Notes: a model not told the origin generated them from the letters alone. A stretch of 64,000 bases of DNA from Piromyces finnis finn (GCA_002104945.1 MCFH01000024.1:682001-746000); one strand, 5' to 3'; counted from the first letter of the stretch, positions 14,242 to 29,204 are shown. Numbers and translations: made by a program.

Positions 14242-16281
14242 ATGTCATTTTTAAAGTGGTTTACTGTAAATATCATAATATATATACAATATAATTTCTA
14301 TTTTAAATTTTTATTATATAAATAACTTATTAATAATATATATAATAATATAAAGGGAAGTAATACTTCTTCTAAATCTAGCAATACTAGTATAAAATCG
14401 CTTGACGAGAGATATATTGGATTTCATAATGTATTATTTTTAAATATATTATTTATTCTTTAATTTTATAAATAATAAACAATATATTTTTTCTTTCTTT
14501 CTTTTTACTTTCTTACTCTTTTTTTTTTATTATTATAAATGAATATGTAATAAATATACTATAGTTTGGAAATACATGGTAATTAATAATTATATTAATT
14601 TAAATTAATTTTAATATTAATATATACTCAACTAATTAATTGTTAATTGAAAAATTAATATAATTGGTTTTTAATACATAATTTTGTTATAATTTATCAT
14701 TTAATATTTATAAGTTATTGTAATTCAATATTACAAGCTCTTTATCATTGTGAACCATTCAGAGAATGTATTCAATTTTATAAACCTAAAGATACCATTC
14801 CATATTTAATACAGGATGAAAAATACAGGAATATATTTTTTAAACCGAAGTCAACTTCTTCATCTAAAAAAAATAAATTTTCAAAAAAAGGAAGCAATTT
14901 ACCTACAACACCGGTCCAACAAAATCCAGAAAATTTATCACCCACTTCAAATATATCAACTATACCATCTAATTTATCAATAAAAAGTTCAGCGTCATCA
15001 AATGCAGGTACAAATGAACAAAAGGCTCCGAAATTAAGTAATAGAAGTGGCAAAGCTGTAGTCAGTGAAACTTTAAAAATTGTAAAAGAATTTGAGAGTG
15101 AAGAAAGTTTATTATGGGAATTAAAAAATGTATTTTTACAAATTTCATCTAATAAAAAAAAGCAAGGTTCAGTTGCTCCAAAACATTTCATAGATGTTCT
15201 TCAAAAAAAAAATGGTAAAATATTACATCAATAGTTATAAAAATTGAATTAAATATATTTGATTGACTCTGAAATGAGTTATATTTAATATATTTATTTT
15301 TATCAATATTTAATAGAAATATTTAGAGGTACTCAACATCAAGATGCTCAAGAATTTTTAAACTTTTTATTAAATTCTATTTCCGAAAGTTTATCAAATT
15401 ACCAAAATAAATTATTAAAAAGATGGGATCAACATATTGAAGAAGAAAATAATAAGAAAAAAGCAAAAGAAGCAAAAAAAAAGGACTGTAAATATTATTA
15501 TATATATATATATTTTAATATAATATAATCAAAATAAATAATTTTTTGATAGATATTTTAACCTTATTTTTTTTTAATGATAGTAGCACATGCTCAACCA
15601 AAATCATTATTGAATGTCGAGGAAATTCCAAAACAAAATATCTATTCTACATGGATCCATGAACTTTTTGAAGGAATACTTACAAATGAAATTAAATGTT
15701 TAAATTGTGAAAATGTATATACATTATAAATTTTAAATAATAATCTATAAAATATATTTAATTTTAAATTATTAGATTATTAATTTTTATTATTTTATTT
15801 TATTTTATTTTATTTTTCTATATAATGTAGGTATCATCAAGGGATGAATCATTCTTTGATTTATCAGTAGATATTGAACATAACACATCCATTTCTTCAT
15901 GCTTAAAGAATTTTTCATCATCAGAAAGATTATGTCAAAAGAATAAGTTTTATTGTGATACTTGTTGTGGATTACAAGAAGCAGAAAAAAGGTATATATT
16001 GTTTTAATTTTAAGTTAATTTTGAATAGATTTGAATAGAAATATTAATAATCAAAACTCAAAATAATTTTATTTATTTATAACATATAAAACATATATAT
16101 AAACTTATAATTGTATAAAAGAATGAAAATAAAAAGAGCACCAAACATTTTGGCCCTTCATCTTAAAAGATTTAAGTATGAAGAAAGGTTAAATAGATAT
16201 GTAAAATTACCATATAGAGTACTTTTCCCTACAGAATTGCGTTTATCAAATATGGTAAATTAATATATTTATTAAAAGTTG

Positions 16282-16349
<68 letters not shown>

Positions 16350-16601
16350 TAGAGTGATAAAGCGGAAAATCCAGATAGACTTTATAATTTAATTGCTGTT
16401 ACTATTCATATTGGAAAGTAAGTTTTTAAGAAAATTATTATTTTATATAATATAAATTCTAATATTTAATCATTTGTCTTATAATAGTGGTCCATATCAT
16501 GGTCATTATGTTACTGTTGTAAGAGGAAAAAGTACATGGTTAATGTGTGATGACGAAAATGTTGAGGTAATTAGTAATTTAGATAATAATTTATTTTTAA
16601 T

Positions 16602-16632
<31 letters not shown>

Positions 16633-17091
16633 AGCTTTTATATAATATATTTATCTAATAATCTATATAATTTTATTTTTATTTTTTTATTTTTTTTTAT
16701 TTTTTTTTTTCCATAGCCTATTGATGAATTAGTACTTCAATCATTCTTCGGGGATTTAAATAATTATAGATGTGGTTACATTTTTTTCTATCAAGCTGAT
16801 GACTTTAAGGTTGATTCTATGATTACTTTAAGAGATACTAGTAACAATAAACTCAATAATAAGGAAAATATTATAGAAGAATTAATTACTAGTAATGTCA
16901 ATGAAGCAACAAATCCAAATACTCAAAATAATACATATTTAACTGCACCTGTAAACCCAATAAATGATAGTTTTTCATCAAATCCGGAAAGTGAAATTTT
17001 GGAAAGTGAACAAGATAATTCAATTGATTTAACTTCTTTAAATCTCTCTGAAGAAGTTAATGAGACTTTAGAAGAAAATAAAACAAAATAG
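14242..17091 (+). CDS. USP46: USP12/USP46-family ubiquitin-specific protease (Ubp9/Ubp13/CreB-like), multi-exon
   Basis: Spliced MSFLKWFT|GSNTSSK...YIGFHN|FGNTC|[10 protein letters not shown] (Cys box). Also [65 protein letters not shown] (His box), CDDENVE and GYIFFYQ. Start ATG at 14242 is inferred from splice phase. Confidence 0.92.
16283..16349 (+). repeat. (AAT)n microsatellite in a USP intron
   Basis: Uninterrupted AAT run of about 22 units. Confidence 0.95.
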
Positions 17092-17778
17092 AATATGCAT
17101 GAACAAAAATAAATATAAAGTAATTAAAATAAAAAAAAAAAAAAAAAATTAGTAATATTAAATGAAGGGGAATAAAAAGTTATTTAATGAATTTATAATC
17201 ATATCTAAATACATTTTTTATTTTAAATTTTCATAATAAAAATAATTATCTATTATTAAATATTATTAAGTAAGTAAATTAGTATTAGTCTTGTAATTAA
17301 GTATCTTTTTATTTTATTTTATTTATACATTATTATAAACATTATTTTATTTATAAATCTTTTTATAAATCTTTTTTTTTTTTCCTTTTTCTTTTAAAAT
17401 TAATACACATAAGCTACATTTAAGTGTAATAATAACTTTTTTATAAATATATGTATAAAATAAAATATTATTCCAATATAAACATATAATTATATAATAA
17501 TGAAAAAAAAAAGAAAAAAAAAAGAAAATTTTTTTAATCTTTAGTCTTTAAAATAAATACTTATTTGATATAATTTGTATAAAAACTTCCATTTTAAATC
17601 TTAATTTTATTTATTTATTTATTTATATATTTATATATTGTTTAACAATCAAGTTATTTTGTTTTATAATTTTTATTTTTTTCGTATATTTATTAAAATA
17701 ATTGCTAATGAATATTTAATTGAAAAAAAAAAAAAAAAAATTAAATCCTTTATTTAAATATTAATTTATTATTTTCAT

Positions 17779-18598
17779 TTATTTTCTCTTTATCTTTTTC
17801 TTTTCTAATTCCAAAACCTTTTGTACTCTTTCTATTATAGATTCTTGCACTGTTTTCCCTGGTACCATTTTACAACTTTCAGCATTATATGGTGGACTAA
17901 TAGTAACTTCATCCATAACAACAATTGATTTATTATTCCATGAACATGGCATTGTTTTACTAAGAGCATCAAAAATTTGTTGAGCTTCTTCAGTAACCCA
18001 ACACCAATTCTATTTTGACGTTGGAATTCTTCCTTTAATGCCTTCTTTTCTTTATTAATGATATCATCAATATTTACTGGACAAACTGGAACAAGTGTAG
18101 ATAATGAATTGCTGTATGGATCGTTTTGATTCTTTTTAGGTTTTGATTCTCCTTCAGTTGTTGAGGATGTTATAGTATCAGTAGTTTCATTATTATTTTC
18201 TTCTGTTTTTGTTGATGAAGATGTATTAGATATATTTTTAGTATCATTCTTTGACTTTGTACTATTGGATTGAGCTTTTTCATTAGTCTTTGATATATCA
18301 TTGCTTTTTTCATTTTCAGTAGTAGCTGTTTCTTTTCAGTAGATGGTATTGAAATTTCCTTAATATAACTGATTTTAACAATTCTGAAGTTATACTTTGG
18401 ATGAGTTCCTGGAATTTCTACACCATTTTCTGGTTTACATTTTTGTTGAAGAACAACAACATTACTAATTTTATCATATGTAAAAATTTGACCTTCAACT
18501 TCTTCTCCATTTTCTAATTTCAACTTAACCCATTGAGCCAAGTGTGGAAATTGAGAATGAAGGAGTGAAAGCTCACTCATCGCTAATTGGTTTTGCAT
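17779..18598 (-). CDS. LSM12: LSM12 homolog (Lsm domain + anticodon-binding AD domain), intronless, two apparent 1-nt frameshifts
   Basis: N-terminal Lsm-like WVKLKLENGEEVEGQIFTYDKISNVVVL...FRIVKISYIKEI. C-terminal AD domain RIGVG/VTEEAQQIFDALSKTMPCSWNNKSIVVMDEVTISPPY, ending ...KKKIKRK* at 17779. Restoring the frame needs +1 nt near 18333 (GAAAAG) and +1 nt near 17998 (TGGGTT). Confidence 0.8.
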
Positions 18599-20176
18599 TT
18601 TTCTTTATTATATTTATTATTATTACTTTATTTATTTTTTTGTTTTTGTTTTTATAAATTTGCTATTGTCTAATAAATTAAATATGTGGTAAAAAATAAA
18701 GATTAAATATAAATAAATAGTTAATAGTATAAAGACATGTTTTTAATATATTGATTATTTATTAATTTTTGTTTATTTTATACCATTATTGCCGTTTGAA
18801 GTAAAATTCGAATTAAAACCAATTTTTTTAAAAAGATTAAAATTTTTAGTCAGACATTTTGGTGTTTATATATATAATGATTAAAAAATAAAAAGGTTAG
18901 ATATAATTTCACAACGTTTATTTTATATTTGTTAAATCAGATAATAATTATATTTTATTTATGTTAATAATAAATAAAACATTTCAACTTATAACAACAA
19001 TTTATATCTAAATATTTTGATATAGCAATTAATAATAGTTGAAAAAAAGGTAATGTGTATTATGCTATATTAATATCTTTTAGAATTAATTTGTCTCTTT
19101 TCTTTCTCTTTTCATTTTTATTATTTTTTTTTTTTTAATTTTTAATTTAGTTTAATTTTATTTTATTTTATTTTACTTTATTTTACTTTAGACTTTACTT
19201 TATATTTTTATCTTTAGTTTTCAAAATATTATTACTTTTCAATCACCCTAATCCATTTAATAAATATTACTTTTTCTATTTTTAAATCTTGTTTATTTTA
19301 TTAATATATCTTTAGCAAAAAATATTTAAAACTTAAAAATACTTTACAATAAAAGGGTTTATTATATCTATTAGAATGTATTAAATAGATTAAGAATAAT
19401 TATTGTAAATAGCTGGTATTTTTGAAATAAAAATAACAGAGGAAAAAATTTTTATAAAAATATGTTTAATCCATTAAATTATTCTAATAAATAATATATA
19501 TAAATTTTTTAATAAATATTTTAATGCAAAAATTATTATAATAATTTTAAAGTAGATCAATTAATTTTAATTTATTTTATTATCATTCGTTTATTAATTA
19601 ATTATTATTTTTTTTAAAAAAAAAAATAGTATTTTTTATCATTTTAAATATTACTTAAAAAAAGATAAAAAAAAAAAGAGAGAAAAACTCGTTTCTATTT
19701 TAAATACAAAGACACAATATTTGTAATATCTCGTAAATTCAGTGTAGTGTAATGAGTAATATAAAACATAAAACAATATATAAAAGTTTTATTATTACTT
19801 TTAATAAACTATAATGCTATACATTATTGTAAATTTATCTTAATACCTCAAAATACTTTTCACAGTTTTATTATATTCCTTTTTTTTATGAAGCATTTAT
19901 ATATAATATTTGTATATAATAATTGAAATATCAAATACTCATTATACATGAAAAAATAATAATATTATTATTAATATATATTCATGTTTTTATTTCTTAT
20001 ATATTATATTTTCTTTAATATTTTTTATAAATTATTTGAACAAATATTTATATAATTATATAGAATTTACAAAATCTTATAAATTTTATTTTATTAAGAA
20101 ATATTGAATAAAGAATTAAAAATATGATAACGCTATAAATATAGTTTTGATGTTTTTATATTTTTTATATTATAAT

Positions 20177-21293
20177 TTAAGTATTTGTTACTGGCATTGA
20201 TTTAATTTTCTGTTCTAATATTTCATTTTTTCTTTTATATTCTTCTATTTCTTGTAAAACTTTTTGTTGATATTTTCTTATTTGTTGAAGCTCCATTTTT
20301 TCTCTATCTTCAGCTTTTATAATAAAAGGATAAATTTAAAAAAAAAAAAAAAAAAAAAAAGATAAATTAAAAAATTTATTTTCATTATTATCATAATTTT
20401 GAATCAGTAAATGTTGTAATATATAAATCTATATTGAAACTTACTATAATTATTTATCAAATATTCTGGTTTATTATCTGATATGTTGGATGGGGTTGTT
20501 AAAAATTTATGCATTGATTGAACAGGTTCATGAAAAACCTATTTAACAATTTTTTGTTAGAATTTATTAATTTATTTAATATATTGATTTTAAATGATTA
20601 TTTAAGATAATCAATTTACTACTAGCATAATAATAAAATTACTTTTTTATTTTAAAAATTTTCACACATACCAATTCATCATAATGATCTGAAAGTACTG
20701 GCTTTTTTCCTTGAAGATTGGTATCATCCTTTGGATAGAGTTGAAGTTGATGGAAAAAAGATATGTGTTTTTCAGACGGATCTTGAAAATAAAGTTTAAT
20801 TAAAATTTCAAATTCACCCCAACCTGTTTCTGAAACCTCATATGGAAAAGAATCCACCACTTTTAATTTTTAAAAATTTAAATATTTAAAATTAATTTAT
20901 ATATAAAAATATATATAAATTGAAAAAGTAAATAAATAAAATATTAGTTTTGCTATATGTCTTTTTTACACTACCTCGATTTGGATTCTCAAAACTCTCA
21001 TGTAGACGAAAAACAACTTTTTTTATATACGTAGAAATATCTTCACCATTTACACCACGAACAAATACCGTCCAACGATGAGTATGTCCATTTTCAAGTT
21101 TTTTTTGTAGTGGTACAGCATATGAACCATAAATAATTGGTTTAACAATGGTTACATTCTATTTTTACATGTTTTAAAATATTATTAATGAATATTCTCT
21201 TTTTTAATAATAAATTATTAATTATTATTATTTTGATATATTATCAACCCTTAATCTTTTATTTGAATTTCCTTGAATTTTACTTGTTGACAT
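20177..21293 (-). CDS. YAF9: YEATS-domain protein Yaf9/GAS41 (NuA4/SWR1 subunit), multi-exon
   Basis: KPIIYGS...HTHRWTVFVRGVNGEDISTYIKKVVFRLHESFENPNR|VVDSFPYEVSETGWGEFEILIKLYF...HYDEL, followed by a C-terminal coiled coil ending SMPVTNT*. Confidence 0.95.
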
Positions 21294-21700
21294 AATAAAT
21301 AATATAGTATAATTAATTATTCATTATAAATTAAATAAAATGGTATAATAGCAAAATATAGAGTGATTAATAAATCAACATATTAATGTATTATCAAAAA
21401 AAGAAAAAGAAATTGAAATAGAAAATTATTATTTGAAATATCAAATTTCAAATATCTGAAAATTTTTTAGAATAATCTTATATTTTTTTCTATTTTATTT
21501 TTTAATATACTATAATATTTATTTTTTTATTTAATTAAATTTTTTTTTTTTTTTTTATTTTGAAGATTTAAAATTATTGAATTTATATAATTATTTTATT
21601 ATATTTGCTGCTATTAAAAAAGCTCTTAGTTTGTTTTATCCTTCTTTTATATTTTTATTAAATAAACTAAATTACATTAAAATAATGAAAAAAAGAAAAA

Positions 21701-24700
21701 CTAAACTAATTTATCTTTTGGTGTACTATTAAAGAAATTGTAGATAAGTCTAGCGCTCTCTATACCAACTAGTGGATTTAATTGATCAACAGTCATTTGA
21801 CTTAATTCATAGATATTTTCTACATTGTTCATAATAATTCTATAATTTTTATAGTTTACACCTGGTATCGATAGTAGCATTTCTTGAGGTGTAACATTAT
21901 ATTGCGTATAAGGATTATAGGATTTTTCTTGATTATTTTTTTCCAATAATTCTGTTCCTTTTGATAATGCTTCTTGTTCATCTGGTTCCTTCTGACTTTT
22001 CTTTTTTTTTTTTATTAAATAATGTTATTTCAAAAATAGGAATAATAAAAAATATAAAATTGTAAAATTAATTTAAAAAATAAAAAATATTAATATAATA
22101 TTTTCTTATTTTCGATGATTAAGTATATGTTTTACTTTAATATCGTCAAACATTTCTGATGATGCATATGGACTAGAAGCCCATAAAATTTTTAGATTAG
22201 GAAAAGCAAGTAAGAGAAGGACGATTTTTGATTGAATATCTTCATTGGATATTTCAGATTTATTTACCGACTTATATTTTTATTTATGTTTTTGAATATT
22301 TTTAAAATTAATGTTAATGGATTTTTTTTATTAAAGATACATTTGAAAATATATATTAAAATATGCAAAATTACCTGTAGTAAAAATGATTTATCTTGAT
22401 TAAATTCTATTAATAAAATAGGCTGTTTATAATAGGTAGACATAGACTCGACTTGGTTATATCTAATATTTCAAATGATTGAAATGTATATTGTTAAATA
22501 TATAAAATCAACTAGTTATAATAAAATAGATATATGTTTTCTTATGAAAATTTTTTATTTAATATTAATATTTACAATCTACCACTTTTAAAGGATTGAA
22601 TTAAATCATTAACACTTTTTCGTTCAACACAATGAGTTGGTGTTAAGATATAATCACCAACAATCAAAGTGCAAGGTTTAACATTTATTTCCTTTGTATG
22701 AATTAATAAGGGAAGAGAGCATCTAAACTCTCTTACATCAACAATAATCTTTTTATGTTTCATTATTAAAATTAAAATTCATGATATAATAATGTAATAA
22801 TAATAAATGAATATAATTTCTCCTTTTTCTACTTACTTGTTTTTTATATCCCTTTTCCAATTGACCACCTGCTATCCTTGTATTTATTTCTTTCCAGAAG
22901 TCATCTTCTGGTTGCAATTTAATTCTACCATCTTGATCAATAGGAATTGACATAATCTATTCATTTATATATATTATTTAAAAATTATTTAAATGATGAT
23001 TTTTAAATTTATTTACTATAAAATAAGATTATTTAAATATAGTTTAATAAAAATAATCCTTTTTTACACTTTTTTCTTTAATTAAACGTTCAAATGCATA
23101 TTTTTCTCTTCTAATTTGACTAAGGTATCTTTGTTCCTCAATGGAATTATCATAAATTAACATATATACCTTTGGTATTTTTTTCTTTTTTAATGATGCA
23201 CAATATATCTGTTAAATGAATAAAAAATATAAAATTATATTTTGAATATTCGATATTATTATAATTTTTTGCAATTTACAAAAAAAAAAAAAAAAAAAAA
23301 AAAAGAATAAAATAAGATAATATATATTATATATATTATATTTAATTTAATATAAGAAAAGAAATAAAAATTATTTTAATCTTACTTCTAAATTTCTAAT
23401 AAAATTTAGATTTGGATCATAAATAATAACATAATCGGGACTAATATCCTCCAACATTTTATAATCATCTTCCATATCAGATTGTCTTAAAAATCGAGTA
23501 TTTGAATATTCTCGTATAATAATATTTTCATCATCATTTTCCATCTCTTCATCAATTTGAATATCAAACGGTAAATATTCACCAAATTCTTGTTCTTCAT
23601 CTTCATTTCTAAACAATTATATATATGTGTATGTATATGATATTAACATATAAATTTATATATATTGTATTACTTTTTTTAAAAACATTAACTATTCATA
23701 TTCACCTTTTTTTTGTTTCATCGTTATCATTTTTATCATTTTCATCATTCTTTACTTCTAATTTTATTTTTTCTTCGTCATTAATACTATTAGAAATATG
23801 AGTCTGAATAAAGTTGATATTGGAAGAAGATTTTCCTCTACGTATTCTTCTTCTACTACCACCTACATTACCTGAATTATTTAAAGAGGCATAACGACCA
23901 CCAGGTTTTGAAGTATCTTCTTTAAAATAATATTAAGAAAATTTATTTAAATTTATTATTCATATTTTATTAACTTATTTTACATCTTAACGTATTTACT
24001 TGTATTCTTTTGAAAATTACTGGTTTTTCTATCATTATTAACTGGTCCGTTAGGATTTTTATTAACATAAGCTAACTTTTTTTTCCATAAAAAGTAATTT
24101 TCTAATAATTTATTCATTAAATAATAACTACCATTCAACTCATTTTTTTTAAATAAAGAAAGAATCATTTTTAATTGTAATGATGTTCTTCTACTATTTA
24201 CCATAATTAATATTTTTTTATTTTCATCTTTATAGAAAACACGTATTTATAAGATAATAAAATAACATGTATATATTATAAAAAATTAATAAATTTTCAT
24301 TAATACTTTTTATCATTCTATGAAATCTTATAATAATATTTTTGCTACTAACTTGCATCCTTAAATTCTTTATATCTTTCTCTAATGGAACGCAATTTTA
24401 ATTCTTCATCACCCTCTTCTTCTTCATTTTCTTTCTTGATTTCTATTTTAATCTTTTGTTGAGATGGATCAAGTTCTTCTTTGATTTTTCGTTTAATAGG
24501 GTCTATTTCTTCAAAAATTTCATATATAATACTTTTTAATACTTTCCATTTTGGTAGTTCTTCTAATATTGGAAGGGTATTTTTTGATAATAAGCGTTTT
24601 AATTCTGGAGTAACTTTACATTTTTCTAAATCTCTTGGATTTGTTGTGTTAATATAGACTCTATTCTTAGATAACTATATTACAGTAATATATATTAAGA

Positions 24701-26650
24701 AATAAATATATGTATTGTAATACAGATATATATATACCATAACTTTCTTTTAATTTTTTATACATTTAATCATTTTATATTTTCACATACAGAAAAAACA
24801 GTATTAGCGGCATCTAATAAGAGCCAAGGTGAATTTTCTTGTTGAAAAATTGAAGTTGGTGCATTTTCAGCCAATATTGTTTCCAATAAAGAATAAAATG
24901 CTACACAATCATATGATAAAAGATAACTAAGAATATTAAATGAAAATAAAAAAGAAGTAAATAACTATACAGAACATTCATACAATATATTTTGTTCTTT
25001 ATTAAAATTTAAATATTAATATATTTTACTCAATTAATGAACGGATAGTTTTTAAATCGCCAACAATTTTTTTTGCTCGATTGCTAATGCTATACCAGAT
25101 AGGATTTAACTGATTACGAACAATTTTATCAAAAGATCTAAATAAAGCATTTTCAATATTAAAATCAACATCTATCTATATAAACAAGAAAATACAAAAA
25201 TATATATATTTAGTGTATTTAGTTATATAAATAAGTGAGAAGCTATATTAACGATTTCCAAAATTTCATCTATAAATAATAATTATAGATAATAAATATA
25301 TTTTACATAATTAGTTATTTTTTTAATATCCAATAATGTTGCTTCTAAACATTCAATCAATGATGTTTGTATATTTTTCATGTTTGGTGATAATGGCACA
25401 CGAATTTCAATTACTCTAATACTATTCTTTTCAAGTTCCTTTGATACAGCTAAATGAAATCTTATTCATATTTATTTAAAATAGATTTTAAAAAACATAT
25501 ATTCATTTAGTATTAATAATTAAAAAAATTAATATTATTAATTATTATTAAATTATCATTGATACCATAAAATTACCTTGGCCAAAAATATACATTTCTT
25601 AAAAATAAAGTCCTCATTGTTTTTTCTAATTTCCAAATACCATAAATAAAAGATTCAGGTGAATCTGAAAATGCTTTAATAAAACCAACCTTTTGTTATT
25701 GAAAATAAATAAAAGTTACTTTAATAAGTTTTTTTTTTTAATGATTTAATAATAGAAAAAAAAAATTAAAACTATCATTTTAAAAAGTTTCTATAATGCT
25801 TTATATATATTACTTTATTTTCTTGACGAAATAGTCTTAAAATAAAAGCTTCCATTGACGTTTCAGTGATACTAACATTTTTTTAAAAAAAGGGAGAATA
25901 AGAAATTTGATAAATATTATAATTAAAATATCATATATATACATATAGTTTATTTCATTCTTTTTAAATTTACATATATATACATAGGGAATTGGAATTT
26001 TAAAAATATTTACTTGTGAGCATGATTAATTAAAAATCCAGTAATTAAATGAGTAGGTATAGTCCTATTTAACATATCTACAACTAAAATTCTAGAAGTA
26101 ATTGCTAACATTCCTCCTTTAATATATATTGCATGTCTATTTATTCACAAAAATAAAGTATATAATTTAATATATAATTATAATAATATAATATTCTTTA
26201 ATAAAGTTTAAAATTTAATTTAATATTTAAAATCTTATAAAAAAAAATGTTGATTTCTCTTGAAATTTTAATTTTCAAAAATGACAATAATTATGATGGC
26301 ATAAAATAGTACCTTTCTGAAGAAGGTGTTTCATTATTAATAACTTTTAAAAAGGACTGTCCATTTTTGGTTTTTTGTATTTTTGCCAATTCTTGTTTTA
26401 AGGATTCAATTTCTTGTTGAGAGGTATTTAATAATATTACTAAATTTTTATTATGGGAATAAATATTTAAAAAAGCCAATAATATTTTTCTAATACCAAG
26501 ACCTCTTGACATGATAACAAGTCCATCACCATCTACCTGCTTCTTTTTATTACTTAAATTTATTTTATTTTCAGAAGGCAGTTTTGCGACATTTTCTGGA
26601 TTTGTCATTAAAGTTGAAATGACTTCTTTATGAAATTTTAACAAATTCAT
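21701..26650 (-). CDS. ERCC4: XPF/Rad1/MEI-9 structure-specific endonuclease, multi-exon
   Basis: N-terminal helicase-like [31 protein letters not shown] and [19 protein letters not shown]. Nuclease domain [13 protein letters not shown]...[30 protein letters not shown]-terminal HhH2 [17 protein letters not shown]. Confidence 0.95.
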
Positions 26651-27918
26651 TTTCTTTTCCTTTTTAAAGTTTAATGGGAATTACATATATTTAGTATATA
26701 ACTATATTATATGTGTATTTTTTTTTAAATAATAATAATGTTTTATTTTAAAATTTCTATTCTAATAATTAAATTAACGATAATTTATGTATAAAAATTA
26801 ATTGTTTCAAATTATAAAATATTCGAGAATAAAATAAAATAAAAAAATAATAATAGTAAATAGATAAATGAAATATATAAATTCTTTTTTTTTTAAAAAA
26901 AAAAAAAAAAAAAAAAACAGACTATTCCACTTTAGTAAACAATATAATATATATAATTTCAAAATTATTTATTTATAAATGCTTTTTTTTTTTTCTTAAA
27001 TAAAAACTTTTTTTTATGGTTTAAATCATCTTTCATATATACTTTATAAAAAAAATTAATCCAAATTTTTAATTAATTATAGTGTATTAATTTGAAATTT
27101 TTAATAAAAACTCCTAAAACAAAGATGTGTTTATATATCTCAAAATTACAACAATTAAAAATACAAAAAACAGTCATAATAATAATAATAATAATAATAA
27201 TAATATTTACTATTTACTAAAGAAAATGGTATGGTACTCAAGTAATGTATACTATGTATACTTTTTATACTTTTTTTTTCTATGTTTCTATTAAATATAA
27301 GATAAATTTTATTAATGAAGTATTAATAATATTAAAAATTCAAAAAATGTATCACAAAAAGAAAATATAAAAAAAATTAAAAATTTTTAATATTTAAAAT
27401 TATCCATTTATTCCTTATTTTCTAAAACATTAACAAATCAAAATTTAAAAAATAATAATAATAAAAGAACAATCTTATTTATTTATTATATTTACTAATA
27501 AAATACTATTAAGATATAAAAAATCAACAAAGTTAAAATTTTCATAAAAAAAATATATATATATATATATAAAGTTTGGATTATAATTATAAAATCCAAG
27601 AGTTTTATTGACTTTCATCCATAATCATATATAAACATAATTAATTAAATTATCCACAAGAGAATTTAATTAATAATAATTTAATTATCAATACAAAGTT
27701 TTAATTACCATATAATTTTTCTTTGAAGAAAAAGGAGCAAGAAAAAATTTCATACTTTTTTATTTCTGTCAACTTTTAATCTCTTGCCATTTAAATTTAT
27801 AAAGAATGTTTTAAATTATATATAAAAAAATAATTAATACTATTGAAAATAGGTGAAAAAATAATAATAAAGGGTATATTTTGCATTTTAAATATAATAA
27901 GGTTTTATCCTCAGGAAA

Positions 27919-28481
27919 ATGGGAAGAACTAGAAAAAATACAAAAAATAATTTAAAAAAAAAACAATCAGAAGAAAAAGAAAAGGAAGCTATATTCGATA
28001 GTAAACTACTTACTAAAAAAGAAAAAAAATGGTTAAAAAATGATAATACTACACTAAAATGTAAACTTATAAGACAATATATAACTGAAGAGAATATTTT
28101 GAAATGGAAACCAATACCAAAAGCTTCAAAAAAAACGTTAAAAAAATTAATTAGTAAAACTTTAATAGAGTAAGAGAGATTAAAAAAAAATAACTTTTTT
28201 TTTTATTAGTAAATATATTATTAATAATGAATAGATATTAATATAATATAATTGATTTTAAATTTTAATTATATAGTTCAATGCCAGATGATAATGAAAT
28301 TTTGAAAAAATTCTTAGTATTAGAAAATAGTATTTATGAAGAAATTGATAATTTATATGTTCCAAAAGAAGAAATATTATTAGAACATTTAAAGGAATCT
28401 AATGATAACCTTGAAAAACAAATAAAACAAAATTTAATAGAGATTCAAAAATTAGAAGAAAAATCAATGATTCAGAAATAA
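27919..28481 (+). CDS. Small two-exon basic/coiled-coil protein (about 150 aa), possible CENP-Q/Okp1/Fta7-like kinetochore subunit
   Basis: Exon 1 ends ATA GA|gtaag and exon 2 starts atag|T TCA ATG, in frame. ITEENILKWKPIPKASKKTLKKLI...IYEEIDNLYVPKEE followed by a coiled coil resembles, from memory, the CENP-Q WxPLs...LxVP pattern. The CDS is likely; the identity is tentative. Confidence 0.55.
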
Positions 28482-28792
28482 TTTTATTACAATAATAATA
28501 ATAATTGTTATTTATAAAGAACTAAAGAGGGAAATAGAGAAAATAATTAATTAATTTTAAAAGTTTTTTTTTCTCTGATTTATGAATTGAGAAAAAAATA
28601 TATCCATATTGTAAAATTAATAGATTCTTTTAATAATACATATTACTACAAATTTTTGATTTTTGTATATATGAGCAAATTATTAATATTATTAATAATC
28701 AGTTTTTATTTAAGTAAAACAAAAATTTTGTTTTAATACATAATTTTAATAATTTAGAAAATATAAAAACTTTTCCTATCAATTTATTTAAT

Positions 28793-28827
<35 letters not shown>

Positions 28828-28972
28828 TTTTGTATTCCTAAATAAAACAAATAAAATTAAAAATTAACAAAGTTATAAAAGATAAAATAATAGTAATAAT
28901 ACATATATTTTTTATTTATTTATTTATTAAAATAATAATATTGCATTAAAACTTTTTTTTTTCATTAAAAAA

Positions 28973-29044
28973 TTACTTTTGAACTCTTGGTTCAAGTTTC
29001 AATGATTTTACATAGGCATCCTTTAATAGAATAGTAAAATGGAA

Positions 29045-29075
<31 letters not shown>

Positions 29076-29204
29076 TAAAATATTTTTATTATAAACTTAT
29101 ATATATTATTTACCTCATCATTTAAAATTGGAGTATAATTAATAGCATTAATAACATTTATATTTATTTGGAATGGATAAGGTCTGTTTATCATATATTA
29201 GAGA

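Noticed and set aside
14778-15191. 137-aa minus-strand ORF
   Set aside because: It is antisense to a clear USP exon and has no independent coding signal.
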